From Candidatus Daviesbacteria bacterium GW2011_GWA1_41_61 (GTDB taxonomy: Bacteria; Patescibacteriota; Microgenomatia; Daviesbacterales; UBA10151), in assembly GCA_000997385.1 (NCBI GenBank), contig LCBT01000001.1:307663-371662 (forward strand): 64,000 nt of DNA. Direction: 5' to 3'. The notes under the pieces are model-generated. The model had not been told where the DNA came from. It was given only the letters and a program-made list of their open reading frames with translations, and searched no databases. This document shows positions 1 to 9,570 of the stretch, piece by piece (position 1 is the stretch's first letter; the number at the start of each line of letters is the position of its first letter). The translations under genes were made by a program, and so were the position numbers.

Positions 1-165
1 TTTAAGATGTCGATAACCATATGGATATAATTTATCAATTATATTTTTGGCTTCTATCTCTGTTAATTCGTCAACCTTTTCTTCTCCACCACGAACACGA
101 CAATAGATGCAATTTAAATTACATTTTTTAGTGATTTCCCAGTTAATGCTTAAAGTATTATTCAT
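1..165 (-). CDS. Radical SAM protein, 5' part only (runs off the left edge); absent from the ORF track
   Basis: ATG at 165 reads MNNTLSINWEITKKCNLNCIYCRVRGG..., with a CxxxCxxC motif; the frame stays open to base 1 and the start overlaps the stop of the upstream gene. Confidence 0.88.
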   Translation of the reverse strand, partial: MNNTLSINWEITKKCNLNCIYCRVRGGEEKVDELTEIEAKNIIDKLYPYGYRHLK

Positions 166-1507
166 TTGAGCGAAGTGTTATTGCGCGTGCTCCTAATAAT
201 TTTATTAGCATATTTTTTGTACCTACGGTGCTTAAAGATTTATCTTTTGCGTAACGTAATATTTCTTGAAAAGTATGCTTTCCATTTAATACTTCTTTCA
301 AGAGGAGAACAGATTGCAAATCAATAGAAATTGTTTGATGTCGAGTAATAAGTAGCTTATTTTTATGTGTAAGATTTAGTTTTGTGAATTTATCTGGACA
401 AATAATATCCTTTGCTTTTATTCTTGTTTTATGATCCTTATCTTTCTGCTTCGTCATAAACATTTGTAGTCTTTTTTGCCATTGAACCTTCGTTATTGGT
501 ATTTTTTTGTAATTTCTGACTGCATAATCAATACAGTATTTACCCTTTTGACTATTGTCCACTTTACAACCACCTAAGCACTTATTAAATAAAAAGCAGT
601 CTTTGCAAGGGACGATAACCCATGATTTATTTCGGAATTCATCAAGATTTTTATCCTTCCAAATCTCAATTAGATTATGTTTAAGAATATTTCCATATGA
701 AGTATCCGATTGGTTGCAGATTCTTACTTCTCCATCAGGGCTAATCACTAACAATGATACTCCAGCGCCACAATTAGCTAATAAGCCATACTCAGGTAAT
801 CTAGCATCAAGACAAAATGGAACTGCAGTACAAAAACCAATATGGAGCTTGGTTTTATCTTGAAGTCTAATAATTTGATCTATAATTTTTTTAAAATGAT
901 CTTTTGAAGGAACTAAATCAGTAAAATTTGCTACACCTAATCCTGCTGGCTCAAATTTGTTTATAGAATATTGATATATTCCCCATTCATTAGCTAAAAA
1001 GGCGATTTCTTCAAAATTATTATAATTTATTGAAGTTAATGTAAAATCTAAATTGACTTCAAACCCATTAGAAATATATTTTTTAATATTCTTGGTTATT
1101 TGTTCCCACTGGCATATTTGTTGAAGTTTGTCATGATATTTTTTCGTGCCATGAAGTGAAATATATATTGATGCCAAAGCGGGAGTTAAATCTTTAATAT
1201 AAATAATCCCGTTAGTTTGAATAGATACATTGGAATTTTTACTTAACTCGTTAATAATTTCATTTAAAAATTTACTCGGGAGAAGTGAAACTTCTCCACC
1301 AGTTAATTGAACATGAGGAATGTGGGATTTTGTAACTTGATGTACGATTTTCCTTAATTTTTTGTAATTTGGAGGATTATTCCTATTAGGGTTGTAGCAA
1401 AATGAACAGTGAGCATTGCAATTATATGAAGTTTCAATTTGTACAAAATGCGGAATCTCTTCGAAAGGAATTTTTTCCATAATTTTATTAGCACAATTAT
1501 TCATCAT
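158..1507 (-). CDS. Radical SAM/SPASM-domain protein (PqqE/MftC-like) with a C-terminal extension
   Basis: CNAHCSFC, TGGE, SPASM cysteines CGAG...PDGEVRIC...CKDCFLFNKCLGGC. Confidence 0.9.
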   Translation of the reverse strand: MMNNCANKIMEKIPFEEIPHFVQIETSYNCNAHCSFCYNPNRNNPPNYKKLRKIVHQVTKSHIPHVQLTGGEVSLLPSKFLNEIINELSKNSNVSIQTNGIIYIKDLTPALASIYISLHGTKKYHDKLQQICQWEQITKNIKKYISNGFEVNLDFTLTSINYNNFEEIAFLANEWGIYQYSINKFEPAGLGVANFTDLVPSKDHFKKIIDQIIRLQDKTKLHIGFCTAVPFCLDARLPEYGLLANCGAGVSLLVISPDGEVRICNQSDTSYGNILKHNLIEIWKDKNLDEFRNKSWVIVPCKDCFLFNKCLGGCKVDNSQKGKYCIDYAVRNYKKIPITKVQWQKRLQMFMTKQKDKDHKTRIKAKDIICPDKFTKLNLTHKNKLLITRHQTISIDLQSVLLLKEVLNGKHTFQEILRYAKDKSLSTVGTKNMLIKLLGARAITLRSNE

Positions 1508-2102
1508 AACGATGAATCACAAATTGACTTGGATTATAATCAATCCCGCCCTCCCCAATAATATCTCTAAAAACTTTTTCGATGTATTTTACTGATTCTT
1601 TTGGATTTACTTCGAAAGTATTATCTTTATATATTGAGGATCTAGTATCATCCCATTGATCAAAACGCTCTAATAATTCTGGTTTAATCAGACTATGTGT
1701 TCTTGTATATAATTCTGTGCCTGGAAAAGGAATTAATACAGATAATCCAATATAAGACGGTTTTACTTGACAAACAAAAGCTGCGATTGCTTCAATATCT
1801 TCTTTTGTTTCAGTTGGTACACCAACCATAAAAAAACATCCTGGCTTCATGCCTACTTCTCTTGCCCAAGTCATTGCTTGAGTCGCTTGATCTATACTAA
1901 TGTTTTTACCTAAATAAGTTAATAACTTTTCAGTTGCAGCTTCAATGCCAAAATAGATTTCTTTACAACCAGAATCGTACATGGTTTTTAATAATTCAGG
2001 ATCAACAGTGTTAACTCTTGCTTGACATGACCATGATACCTCTAGACCCTTAGACTGAATTTCTTGGCATAATCCAAGCATGACATCTCTCTGAGTTGAC
2101 AA
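1497..2102 (-). CDS. C-terminal half of a B12-binding radical SAM enzyme, separated from its N-terminal half by a -1 frameshift at T8 (2112-2119)
   Basis: WSCQARVN, IYFGIEA, FFMVGVPTET, PFPGTELY are typical class B rSAM C-terminal motifs; one extra T restores IFFFDDNLSTQR. Confidence 0.85.
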   Translation of the reverse strand: MSTQRDVMLGLCQEIQSKGLEVSWSCQARVNTVDPELLKTMYDSGCKEIYFGIEAATEKLLTYLGKNISIDQATQAMTWAREVGMKPGCFFMVGVPTETKEDIEAIAAFVCQVKPSYIGLSVLIPFPGTELYTRTHSLIKPELLERFDQWDDTRSSIYKDNTFEVNPKESVKYIEKVFRDIIGEGGIDYNPSQFVIHRYDE

Positions 2103-2905
2103 ATTGTCATCAAAAAAAATATATCTTCTACTAAATTATAGTCTGAAGTAATTCTCTCCATCTCATTTACAATTCTTGTAGGAGAATTGTGTCGAAATTT
2201 ACGACCAAAAATTGTTTTATCACAAAAAACACATGCGTATGGACAACCTCTTGATGGAAAAATTGATATTGATCCCATCCCACCGTTTTTTTTCCAAAGC
2301 TCAATGTATCGACTCGCATCAATTGCCTCTAAATCAGGAAATGGAAGAGTATCTAAATCTTGAATTTGTGCTCGTGGGGGATTTATTTTTATCTGATCTT
2401 TGGTAAAAAGTACTGTACCCTGTATATCATCAAATATGTATTGAGGTTTAAGCAACTCTTTGCTTCGGTTATCAGAACCTAAAAAGCGTTTCATAATATT
2501 AGCCCATGTTAATTCTCCCTCACCTTGGCAAACAAGATCAACAGAATTACCAGTATAACTATAGAATTGTTCAGGTGATAAACAATTCGGACCAGCACCT
2601 CCAAAAACTACAGTTGACCAAGGATTTGATGCTTTTATTTTCTTTGCTAACGCAACAGAATCTGGAAGTTGCATTAGCGTAGCCGATATCCCAACTAATT
2701 GTGGGCCTTTTTTATCAAGTAAGTTTGCAATTTTTTCTGGGAATTCGGAAAATTGACTATCAATTACATTTATTCCAATTCCGTTTTGTATTCCAATGGC
2801 AGAAAGATATGCTATACCCAATGGAGGATATGGAATGCCACTATGCATCCATTTAGCTGGAGGTGAAATTAGATGAATAGTACTTAATTCTCGTTCTGAT
2901 GTCAT
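2042..2905 (-). CDS. N-terminal half of a cobalamin-binding radical SAM enzyme (class B methyltransferase-like)
   Basis: PPLGIAYLSA, VVFGG, QGEGE, LDTLPFPD, SRGCPYACVFC. Confidence 0.88.
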   Translation of the reverse strand: MTSERELSTIHLISPPAKWMHSGIPYPPLGIAYLSAIGIQNGIGINVIDSQFSEFPEKIANLLDKKGPQLVGISATLMQLPDSVALAKKIKASNPWSTVVFGGAGPNCLSPEQFYSYTGNSVDLVCQGEGELTWANIMKRFLGSDNRSKELLKPQYIFDDIQGTVLFTKDQIKINPPRAQIQDLDTLPFPDLEAIDASRYIELWKKNGGMGSISIFPSRGCPYACVFCDKTIFGRKFRHNSPTRIVNEMERITSDYNLVEDIFFLMTICQLREMSCLDYAKKFSLRV

Positions 2906-3028
2906 ATTATTATATACAGTTTTTCTTACATAATGGGCATAAATTTATAGTAAATGTTATAATTCAGCGTATTATAACAAATAATTGATTTAAAACATTG
3001 ATTAAGGCTATAAGATATAAAATTTCAT

Positions 3029-3727
3029 ATGTTATGGGGTGTGCTTACTAAGGCTGATTTTACAAAAGAGGTTAAAGAAAAAACTGTCATTATTCCAATT
3101 GGTGCAATTGAGGCACATGGAAATCATTTACCTGTAAATACAGATTCCTGTATAGTTGAATACCTAGCCGAGAAAATTGCCAAACATACTGGTTGTATTG
3201 TGGTTCCTACAATCTATTATGGACCTTGCGAAACCATGCTATCATTTGCTGGAACTATAACTATTTCTGAGAAAATTAGCTATAAAATTATTGAAGAAAT
3301 TATAAAATCTATTATTTGCCAGGGATTTAAGCAAATTTACATTTTGAATGGACATGGTGGGAATAATGAATTTTTGGCAAGAATTGCTAATAAATACTCA
3401 AAAAAGCTCAATGTTAAGACAAAAAACTGGTATGATTTGGAAATTATTAATAAACTCAAACAAGAGAATACTAGTTATTGTGGAGATCATGCAGATAGAT
3501 TAGAAACTGAAATTATGTTGGCAATAGATAAACAGAAAGTCAGAATGGAACTGGCAGTTGATGATATGCCTAATTGGCCAGAAAACACTGAAATGTTGAC
3601 AGATTATAGTAAAATAATGACATATGCAGTTGAAGGATATCCTTCAAAATCAACTCTGAAAAATGGAAAATTACTATTACCTAAAGTAATAAAAAGTTTA
3701 TGTGAAGATATTGGTAATTTTCTATAA
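3029..3727 (+). CDS. Creatininase/MftE-family amidohydrolase
   Basis: PIGAIEAHGNHLPVNTD, NGHGGN, DHADRLET. Confidence 0.9.
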   Translation: MLWGVLTKADFTKEVKEKTVIIPIGAIEAHGNHLPVNTDSCIVEYLAEKIAKHTGCIVVPTIYYGPCETMLSFAGTITISEKISYKIIEEIIKSIICQGFKQIYILNGHGGNNEFLARIANKYSKKLNVKTKNWYDLEIINKLKQENTSYCGDHADRLETEIMLAIDKQKVRMELAVDDMPNWPENTEMLTDYSKIMTYAVEGYPSKSTLKNGKLLLPKVIKSLCEDIGNFL

Positions 3728-3728
3728 T

Positions 3729-4076
3729 ATGACTAAGGAGCGTTTAGAAAATATGGATGATAAAGACAGAAAAAATTTCTTAGTTCCAGAACAGGAACCA
3801 TATATTTGTGGCAATTGCGGTATTGAAATTATGGGAGGAAGATACAATAATCATTGCCCACAATGTCTTTGGAGCAAGCACGTTGATGATAAAATTCCAG
3901 GAGATAGAAGCTCTGACTGTCAGGGGATGATGAAACCAGTTGGAGTTTTTCAGAAAAAGGGTAAATGGAGAATCAAACAAGAATGTACAAAATGTGAGCA
4001 TACTTTTATTATTGATAGCTCTCCAGAAGATGATTTTAGCATCATTATTGAACTCTCAAAAACCCCTTTACGTTAA
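3729..4076 (+). CDS. RNHCP-domain zinc-binding protein
   Basis: CGNCG...YNNHCPQCLWSKHVD...PGDR...CQGMMKP...CTKC; start uncertain (3702, 3729 or 3753). Confidence 0.8.
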   Translation: MTKERLENMDDKDRKNFLVPEQEPYICGNCGIEIMGGRYNNHCPQCLWSKHVDDKIPGDRSSDCQGMMKPVGVFQKKGKWRIKQECTKCEHTFIIDSSPEDDFSIIIELSKTPLR

Positions 4077-4166
4077 GAATTAAAGATTTGTCACTAAAAA
4101 GACAAAGGATTCTAAATTTACTGGTTGATATAGCTTAACACCCTATAATTAGAGTTTGCAGATCGT

Positions 4167-4194
4167 AAAATACCCTGCGGCAGAGACCACAGGG
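4167..4194 (-). terminator. Probable intrinsic terminator
   Basis: Minus strand CCCTGTGG-tctctg-CCGCAGGG-TATTTT; the single mismatch is a G-U pair only on the minus strand. Confidence 0.5.
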
Positions 4195-4551
4195 AGTCTC
4201 TCATCCTTGAAAAAGTTTAAATTATCTCGCAAGTATTGCACCAAAACAGGCGTAAGATTACTTTTTGGGAGTTTAATATGGTTATTTACTATTATTGTTA
4301 AACCACGCAAAAGGAATATCTAAAAAATACCGAAAAACTCCAAAAAAGATTTCAACGCTTAGCAGTCAAAATAGAGAAAGAGGTGGAGAGAGATATAAAA
4401 GGATCGCGATAAAAAGTTCATGTATGATCCTTCGAATTTGCTCACCATACAAGGTTAAAAGCCAACTAACCCCAGGGGTTGGAACCCTTATTACCCTCCG
4501 GGTGTGAAATGCGTAGTTGCCCAGAGCCAGCAATATCTTGTGGTTACCTTC

Positions 4552-4935
4552 TTAACTATTCCCCTTTTGAGATGTAAAGGCGTTAATGCTTAAATACAAA
4601 GCAATACCAAGTGGTGCTGCATGCTCTATAGCATCCAAAAGTCCACTAATATTCATACTACTTAGCAAGAGTATGATAACTGTACCTATCCAAATGACTG
4701 CCCAAGTATTAATAAGTTTAGGTAATACTCGAAAAGCGATAAATATACCAATAATTGCATCATGTATACCTATCAGCTGAATTGGAACTTTATCTAGTAT
4801 GTTTTTAAAAATTACTGAATTAGCAATTACATCGCTGATTTCATCTGGAGAGATAAATGCTTTAACCGCCATGGCCACAAAAGTCAATGCAAGCCCCAGA
4901 CTAAGAATGTAGATATGCCACCTTTGCATATTCAT
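4552..4935 (-). CDS. Small four-TM membrane protein (DoxX-like)
   Basis: Four hydrophobic segments in 127 aa. Confidence 0.65.
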   Translation of the reverse strand: MNMQRWHIYILSLGLALTFVAMAVKAFISPDEISDVIANSVIFKNILDKVPIQLIGIHDAIIGIFIAFRVLPKLINTWAVIWIGTVIILLLSSMNISGLLDAIEHAAPLGIALYLSINAFTSQKGNS

Positions 4936-5095
4936 GTTTAGTTGATTTTTAAGCCACCTACTTTAATATTAGTAATAAGTTCCCACAGAGTCAACCCAGA
5001 TTAAATCGGAGCCAACCAGTGCCAGCAAGCTGGGCCAAGCAAAACTGACTAAGGTTAACACTTAAAATTAGAAACTGTGGTATAATACACAAGCA

Positions 5096-5365
5096 TTGAA
5101 TAACACCACCACCATCTCCGCTTCTTTAAAATGCAACCAGTGTGGCTGTGAACTCATTCTCCAAAAAACCGGTATCAGAAATACTCAAAATTGCTTCTTC
5201 CCTACCACAGTTATTACCTACCGCTGTTCTAATAAATCCTGTCAGGAGGAAATAGATAAGAAAACTGTTAAAAGAATCGAATTAAGACATGAGCAAGAAC
5301 TAGCCAGACAAAAACGTTTGGAAAATATGACCAATAGAAAGTATAATCAACCAAAAACTGTCTAA
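5096..5365 (+). CDS. Small zinc-ribbon protein
   Basis: CNQC...CSNKSC plus a charged helix; TATAAT just upstream and a terminator just downstream. Confidence 0.65.
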   Translation: MNNTTTISASLKCNQCGCELILQKTGIRNTQNCFFPTTVITYRCSNKSCQEEIDKKTVKRIELRHEQELARQKRLENMTNRKYNQPKTV

Positions 5366-5396
5366 AAGGGCACCGGTTTACACCGATGCCCTTTTT
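5364..5396. terminator. Bidirectional intrinsic terminator
   Basis: aaaagggcaccgg-tttaca-ccgatgcccttttt between convergent genes. Confidence 0.8.
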
Positions 5397-5399
5397 TAA

Positions 5400-5744
5400 T
5401 TAATGACCTCGGCGGTTACCTCGGAAATTCCTATTAGAAGAAAAACTTGGTTTGTTATCTCTTCGATCAAACCCTCTTGAGAAATTCTCATCTCTTGGTT
5501 CTCTTGGCCTGGCCTCATTAACCACAATAGCCCGGCCGTCTAATGTCTGGCCGTTAAGCTGTTGTATTGCCTTCTGTGCTGCTTCATCATCCATTTCTAC
5601 AAACCCGAAACCTCTTGATCTACCGGTAAATTTATCATTTACGACGGTTGCTGATAAAACTTGTCCCACTTGAGAGAAAAAATCTTTTAATGATTGGTCG
5701 GTGGTATCCCACGAAAGTCCACCTATAAATAGTTTTTTAGTCAT
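5400..5744 (-). CDS. RRM (RNP-1) RNA-binding protein
   Basis: KLFIGGLSW and RGFGFVEM motifs; GGAGG SD. Confidence 0.95.
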   Translation of the reverse strand: MTKKLFIGGLSWDTTDQSLKDFFSQVGQVLSATVVNDKFTGRSRGFGFVEMDDEAAQKAIQQLNGQTLDGRAIVVNEARPREPRDENFSRGFDRRDNKPSFSSNRNFRGNRRGH

Positions 5745-5932
5745 ACAGTTATCACCTCCAATTTATTCACGATCTCTGGCAAACTGTATAACTAACACTA
5801 TTTAAGAAGAAGGATAACTTTTCTTGCTAATAAGTTATATTAATACTAGTTACAAAAAGAGTAGTGAATTCTTATCCAAGTATATCATACTAATGCATTT
5901 CAAGCAACTAACCCGTAGTAAATTCGGGCATA

Positions 5933-7351
5933 TTAATTAAATAGACTGATTTGGCTCTTTTTTATAATTTTTGTAATAGCTTCATCTTCTACTTCTAAAA
6001 AATTGGGGTGTTCTAATAAAGTTTTAAATCTGGAAACCTGATTTGGTTTCTTTTGGCGTTTTTTAGCATACAATAAATACAGCTCTTCCTTAGCCCGGGT
6101 CATAGCAACATAAAGCAAACGTTTCTCTTCCTCTAAATCTGCCTCATTCTTTATGTAGGGAATCAAGCCTTCTTCAAAACCGCAGATAAAAACAAATTTA
6201 AACTCTAACCCTTTGGCAGCATGCATGCTTAATAGTTTGATATGGTCTCCTTCTACAGGTGTATCTTCTTTAACAATCTGATAGGGCATCCCTGATTCCT
6301 CAAACTGCTTTCTTAAAACACCGCTTAGATGATGAGCCCGAAAAACTACGGCAAAATCAGAAAAATTTACCTGGGTTACCAGATGTTGAGCCTTAAGTAA
6401 ATCAGTTCCTCCGATTTTGTCACTGATAAATCTGATAACCCAGTCTGCCTCGGAGTATTCATTTAAAGTCTTAACTAAAGACACTTTTCCACCTTTCTTT
6501 GAGGCAGGTTGTAGAGTTAAAGACTGAGGAAACAACAAATTACTTATTTGTACAACATTGCTGTGACTGCGGTAATTAATACCTAAAGTTTCTTCACAAA
6601 CTGCTGAAAAATCATCTTTTAAAGTCTTAAAAACCTCGGCACTGGCTCCCCGAAAGCCGTATATTGACTGAAAAGGATCGCCAATTACAAAAAGATTAGG
6701 ACTATCCTTTAAAATCATTTTAATAATTTGATATTGCAAATCATTAGTATCTTGAAACTCATCTATCAAAATATATTGATAAAGATTTTTTAGTTGCCGT
6801 CTCTTATCATTTTTCTCTTCTAAGCTCTTGTACATTTGCATTAACAGATCATCAAAATCTAGAAGTTGTTGCTGATTCAATGCCTTATTGTAATCTACAA
6901 TAAGTCTCTCCATCTCTGAATCTTTTTTAGAAGGGTTAGTCGTACTTTTATGTTGAGAAATAATTACAGACAAAGCGCGGGGGGATATCTTAACTTTACT
7001 TTTTCCAGCAACCTTTTTTAAAAGAGTCTCCTGATCTTCTTCAGAGATAATCTTAATCTCCCCAACTAAACCAGTTAAAAAATTAAAGGCCAAACCATGG
7101 AAAGTGGTTATTGTTGGCAAGTTACTTCCCAATATTAGGTTTAATCTCTCCTTCATCTCTAAAGCTGCCCGTTGGGTAAAAGTAAGAGTTAGAATATTTG
7201 CTGGGTTAATATGCTTTTCTAATATTAAATATGCCACCCTGCTTATTAAAGTTTTCGTCTTACCGGTTCCTGGGCCAGCCTTAACCATGACTACTCCGTC
7301 ACCTTGTTCTACAATCTTCCGTTGCTGATCATTTAAATCCAGAAAATCCAT
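5933..7351 (-). CDS. Compact UvrD/PcrA-family SF1 helicase
   Basis: AGPGTGKT, DEFQD, GDPFQSIYGFRGA, NYRS, HAAKGLEF, EEKRLLYVAMTRA. Confidence 0.92.
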   Translation of the reverse strand: MDFLDLNDQQRKIVEQGDGVVMVKAGPGTGKTKTLISRVAYLILEKHINPANILTLTFTQRAALEMKERLNLILGSNLPTITTFHGLAFNFLTGLVGEIKIISEEDQETLLKKVAGKSKVKISPRALSVIISQHKSTTNPSKKDSEMERLIVDYNKALNQQQLLDFDDLLMQMYKSLEEKNDKRRQLKNLYQYILIDEFQDTNDLQYQIIKMILKDSPNLFVIGDPFQSIYGFRGASAEVFKTLKDDFSAVCEETLGINYRSHSNVVQISNLLFPQSLTLQPASKKGGKVSLVKTLNEYSEADWVIRFISDKIGGTDLLKAQHLVTQVNFSDFAVVFRAHHLSGVLRKQFEESGMPYQIVKEDTPVEGDHIKLLSMHAAKGLEFKFVFICGFEEGLIPYIKNEADLEEEKRLLYVAMTRAKEELYLLYAKKRQKKPNQVSRFKTLLEHPNFLEVEDEAITKIIKKSQISLFN

Positions 7352-7357
7352 AATTTT

Positions 7358-8647
7358 TTATAGTAGGCTCATTTGTCCTGATAACTTTTTCCTCTCCTCT
7401 TTATCTTGGAAAATCTTTATAGTTCCATATACTCCGTCATAGCCTGGCTCAATAACAACCTGCCCTTTTCTCATCTTATCAATAGCAAAGGAAAGATCAT
7501 CAAACCCGGCCTTTTTTATGGCATCAATAGAAAGTCTTCTTAAAATATTAAACTCATTGCCCAATATTGAATAAACTTTTTCATAAAGCCCCAAAACAGG
7601 TTTGGAGCTGACCCCAGTACCTTTTACTTCAGCAATAATTTCAACTAAGGGAATAATATATTCTACTAATTTATCATTTGGGGGTTTGTAATCTGTGGGG
7701 TGATTAGCTAGATCATCCACCCGATGATCTACTCCCACTGTTACTGGTTTATGACAAACCGGACAGATTCCCTGATGTTGTTTAGTTTCTTGAGGAGAAA
7801 AACGGACATGATGATCCCTATGACCATCATAGTGATATTTACCTTCCTGAGGGAAAAACTCAATGGTCCCTACCACTCTTTGGTCATTGGTTTTTATACC
7901 TTGGACAATATCAAAGTAATCCAGCTTGGAATCTATCACTGTAGCCTCGCGTCCAAGTTTTGAAGGGGAATGGGCATCGGAGTTAGAGATAATGGCAACT
8001 TTTTGTAACTGGTCAAGCCGCCAATTCATAAAAGGATCCGAAGAAAGACCTGTTTCAATAGCCTTAATTTCCAAAGACAACTCTTCAAAAGCCTCTTGGA
8101 TAGAATCAAATCCAGAGTTGGAGCCAAACAAGGCAAAATAGGGTGTCCAAATATGGGCTGGAATGAATAAAATATTTGGGTCAGTTTCCAGGCAAATTTT
8201 TAGTAACTCTTTACTATCAAGACCCAATATAGGCCTGCCATCAGCTTTTAAATTACCGATATGGGACAATCTTTCACCAACTGCCGACACAACTTCAAGA
8301 GTTGGAGCCACTATTAGATTATGGAGTTTTCTGACTTTGCCATATTTACTATAAATATTGCTGATCTCCACAGTTAAAATAAAGCGTATCGCCTGACCTT
8401 GAATAGATTGGGGAAGGCTAGCATCAACTTCTAAAGCATATTTTTCTTTTAGTCTAAAAAGTCCTGGCTCTGCCGGCTCTAATTTTTCCTGAAGTTCTAA
8501 ATACCAGCTTGGATGAGTAAAATCCCCGGTGCCGATAATACTGATTCCTTTAATCTTTCCCCATTTATATAAACCCTCTAATGTAGAGTCACGGCTTGTA
8601 GCTCGGGAGTAATGAGAATGAGTATGCAGGTCAACAATTAATTCCAT
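7358..8647 (-). CDS. PHP-domain endonuclease Q / TIGR00375-family protein
   Basis: DLHTHSHYSRATS, GTGDFTHP, PAHIWTP, ETGLSSDP, NSDAHS, GKYHYDGHR, CPVC, PGYDGVYG. Confidence 0.88.
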   Translation of the reverse strand: MELIVDLHTHSHYSRATSRDSTLEGLYKWGKIKGISIIGTGDFTHPSWYLELQEKLEPAEPGLFRLKEKYALEVDASLPQSIQGQAIRFILTVEISNIYSKYGKVRKLHNLIVAPTLEVVSAVGERLSHIGNLKADGRPILGLDSKELLKICLETDPNILFIPAHIWTPYFALFGSNSGFDSIQEAFEELSLEIKAIETGLSSDPFMNWRLDQLQKVAIISNSDAHSPSKLGREATVIDSKLDYFDIVQGIKTNDQRVVGTIEFFPQEGKYHYDGHRDHHVRFSPQETKQHQGICPVCHKPVTVGVDHRVDDLANHPTDYKPPNDKLVEYIIPLVEIIAEVKGTGVSSKPVLGLYEKVYSILGNEFNILRRLSIDAIKKAGFDDLSFAIDKMRKGQVVIEPGYDGVYGTIKIFQDKEERKKLSGQMSLL

Positions 8648-8746
8648 TTAATAATTATACCCTGAAACTTTCCACTTTTTCACACCTTCTCCAGCATCAG
8701 ACGTAGCAACTTGTTTCTAACATTACCTCCTGCTATTATTTAAGGA

Positions 8747-9085
8747 ATGAAGGTTTTGATCAACTGGCTAATAAGCACCTTAGTCATTATTATTGCTGCC
8801 TATCTTCTACCGGGGGTTAAAGTTCAAGATCTGGCCACAGCCTTAGTAGCAGCTTTAGTTATCGGAGTAATTAACGCCTTTATCAGACCTATCTTAATCT
8901 TATTGACCTTACCAATTAACATTCTCACCTTAGGACTTTTTACTTTAGTTTTAAATGCTCTGTTAATCCAGTTGGCTAGCTCTATTGTAGCAGGATTTAC
9001 CGTAGACAATTTTTTGTGGGCTTTAATTTTTAGTGTTGTTTTATCAGTAATAAATTCACTTTTGCATCAGTTGTTTAGAAGTTAG
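8747..9085 (+). CDS. YvlD-like four-TM phage holin family membrane protein
   Basis: RPILILLTLPINILTLGLFTLVLNA signature. Confidence 0.9.
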   Translation: MKVLINWLISTLVIIIAAYLLPGVKVQDLATALVAALVIGVINAFIRPILILLTLPINILTLGLFTLVLNALLIQLASSIVAGFTVDNFLWALIFSVVLSVINSLLHQLFRS

Positions 9086-9180
9086 TTTTTAATTTTTTTA
9101 CTTTTTTGAACTCTTTGTTTTCCTTGTTAATCCTCTCTTCTAGGATCTCCCACCAAACATCTCATCCTCATTATCAGAAG

Positions 9181-9378
9181 TCAGGATTTTTTTAAGATAG
9201 GCAAACCAGTCCGCTCATTTTCTACCACTTTAAACCCTGCTGGAACATTATCTAAAGAACCAGATCCAGCCTCCTTGGCAAAATAGTAGATGGTCTGGTT
9301 ACGACCGCTACGTAGTTTTACCTCTTTGGAATGCAGATAATAATCCACACCCTTTTTATTGGTATGTTTGTAGGCCAT
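9181..9378 (-). CDS. Small conserved hypothetical protein (65 aa)
   Basis: MAYKHTNKKGVDYYLHSK...IYYFAK...ENERTGLPILKK; AAAGGA SD before ATG 9378. Confidence 0.8.
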   Translation of the reverse strand: MAYKHTNKKGVDYYLHSKEVKLRSGRNQTIYYFAKEAGSGSLDNVPAGFKVVENERTGLPILKKS

Positions 9379-9570
9379 TTTCCATCCTTTCTTTAAATTT
9401 TCTAGATTTAATCTTAATCTTAGTACTTGAGAAAATAACAATAGCTTTGTAAGAATATGGTAAGGAGAAAAACTCCCTTTCATGAAAGGTTGCCTTAATA
9501 TAAAAAACCTTTTAAAAATATGTAAGAGGAGGGTTGTGATTATTAATTATAATTGGTATAATTGTTTTGT

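Noticed and set aside
4295-4507. 70-aa ORF as a possible RiPP precursor
   Set aside because: TTG start, no SD, no leader/core pattern, and it overlaps apparent gene remnants
8747-9085. Holin as evidence of a prophage
   Set aside because: The YvlD-type family is commonly chromosomal and has no phage neighbours here
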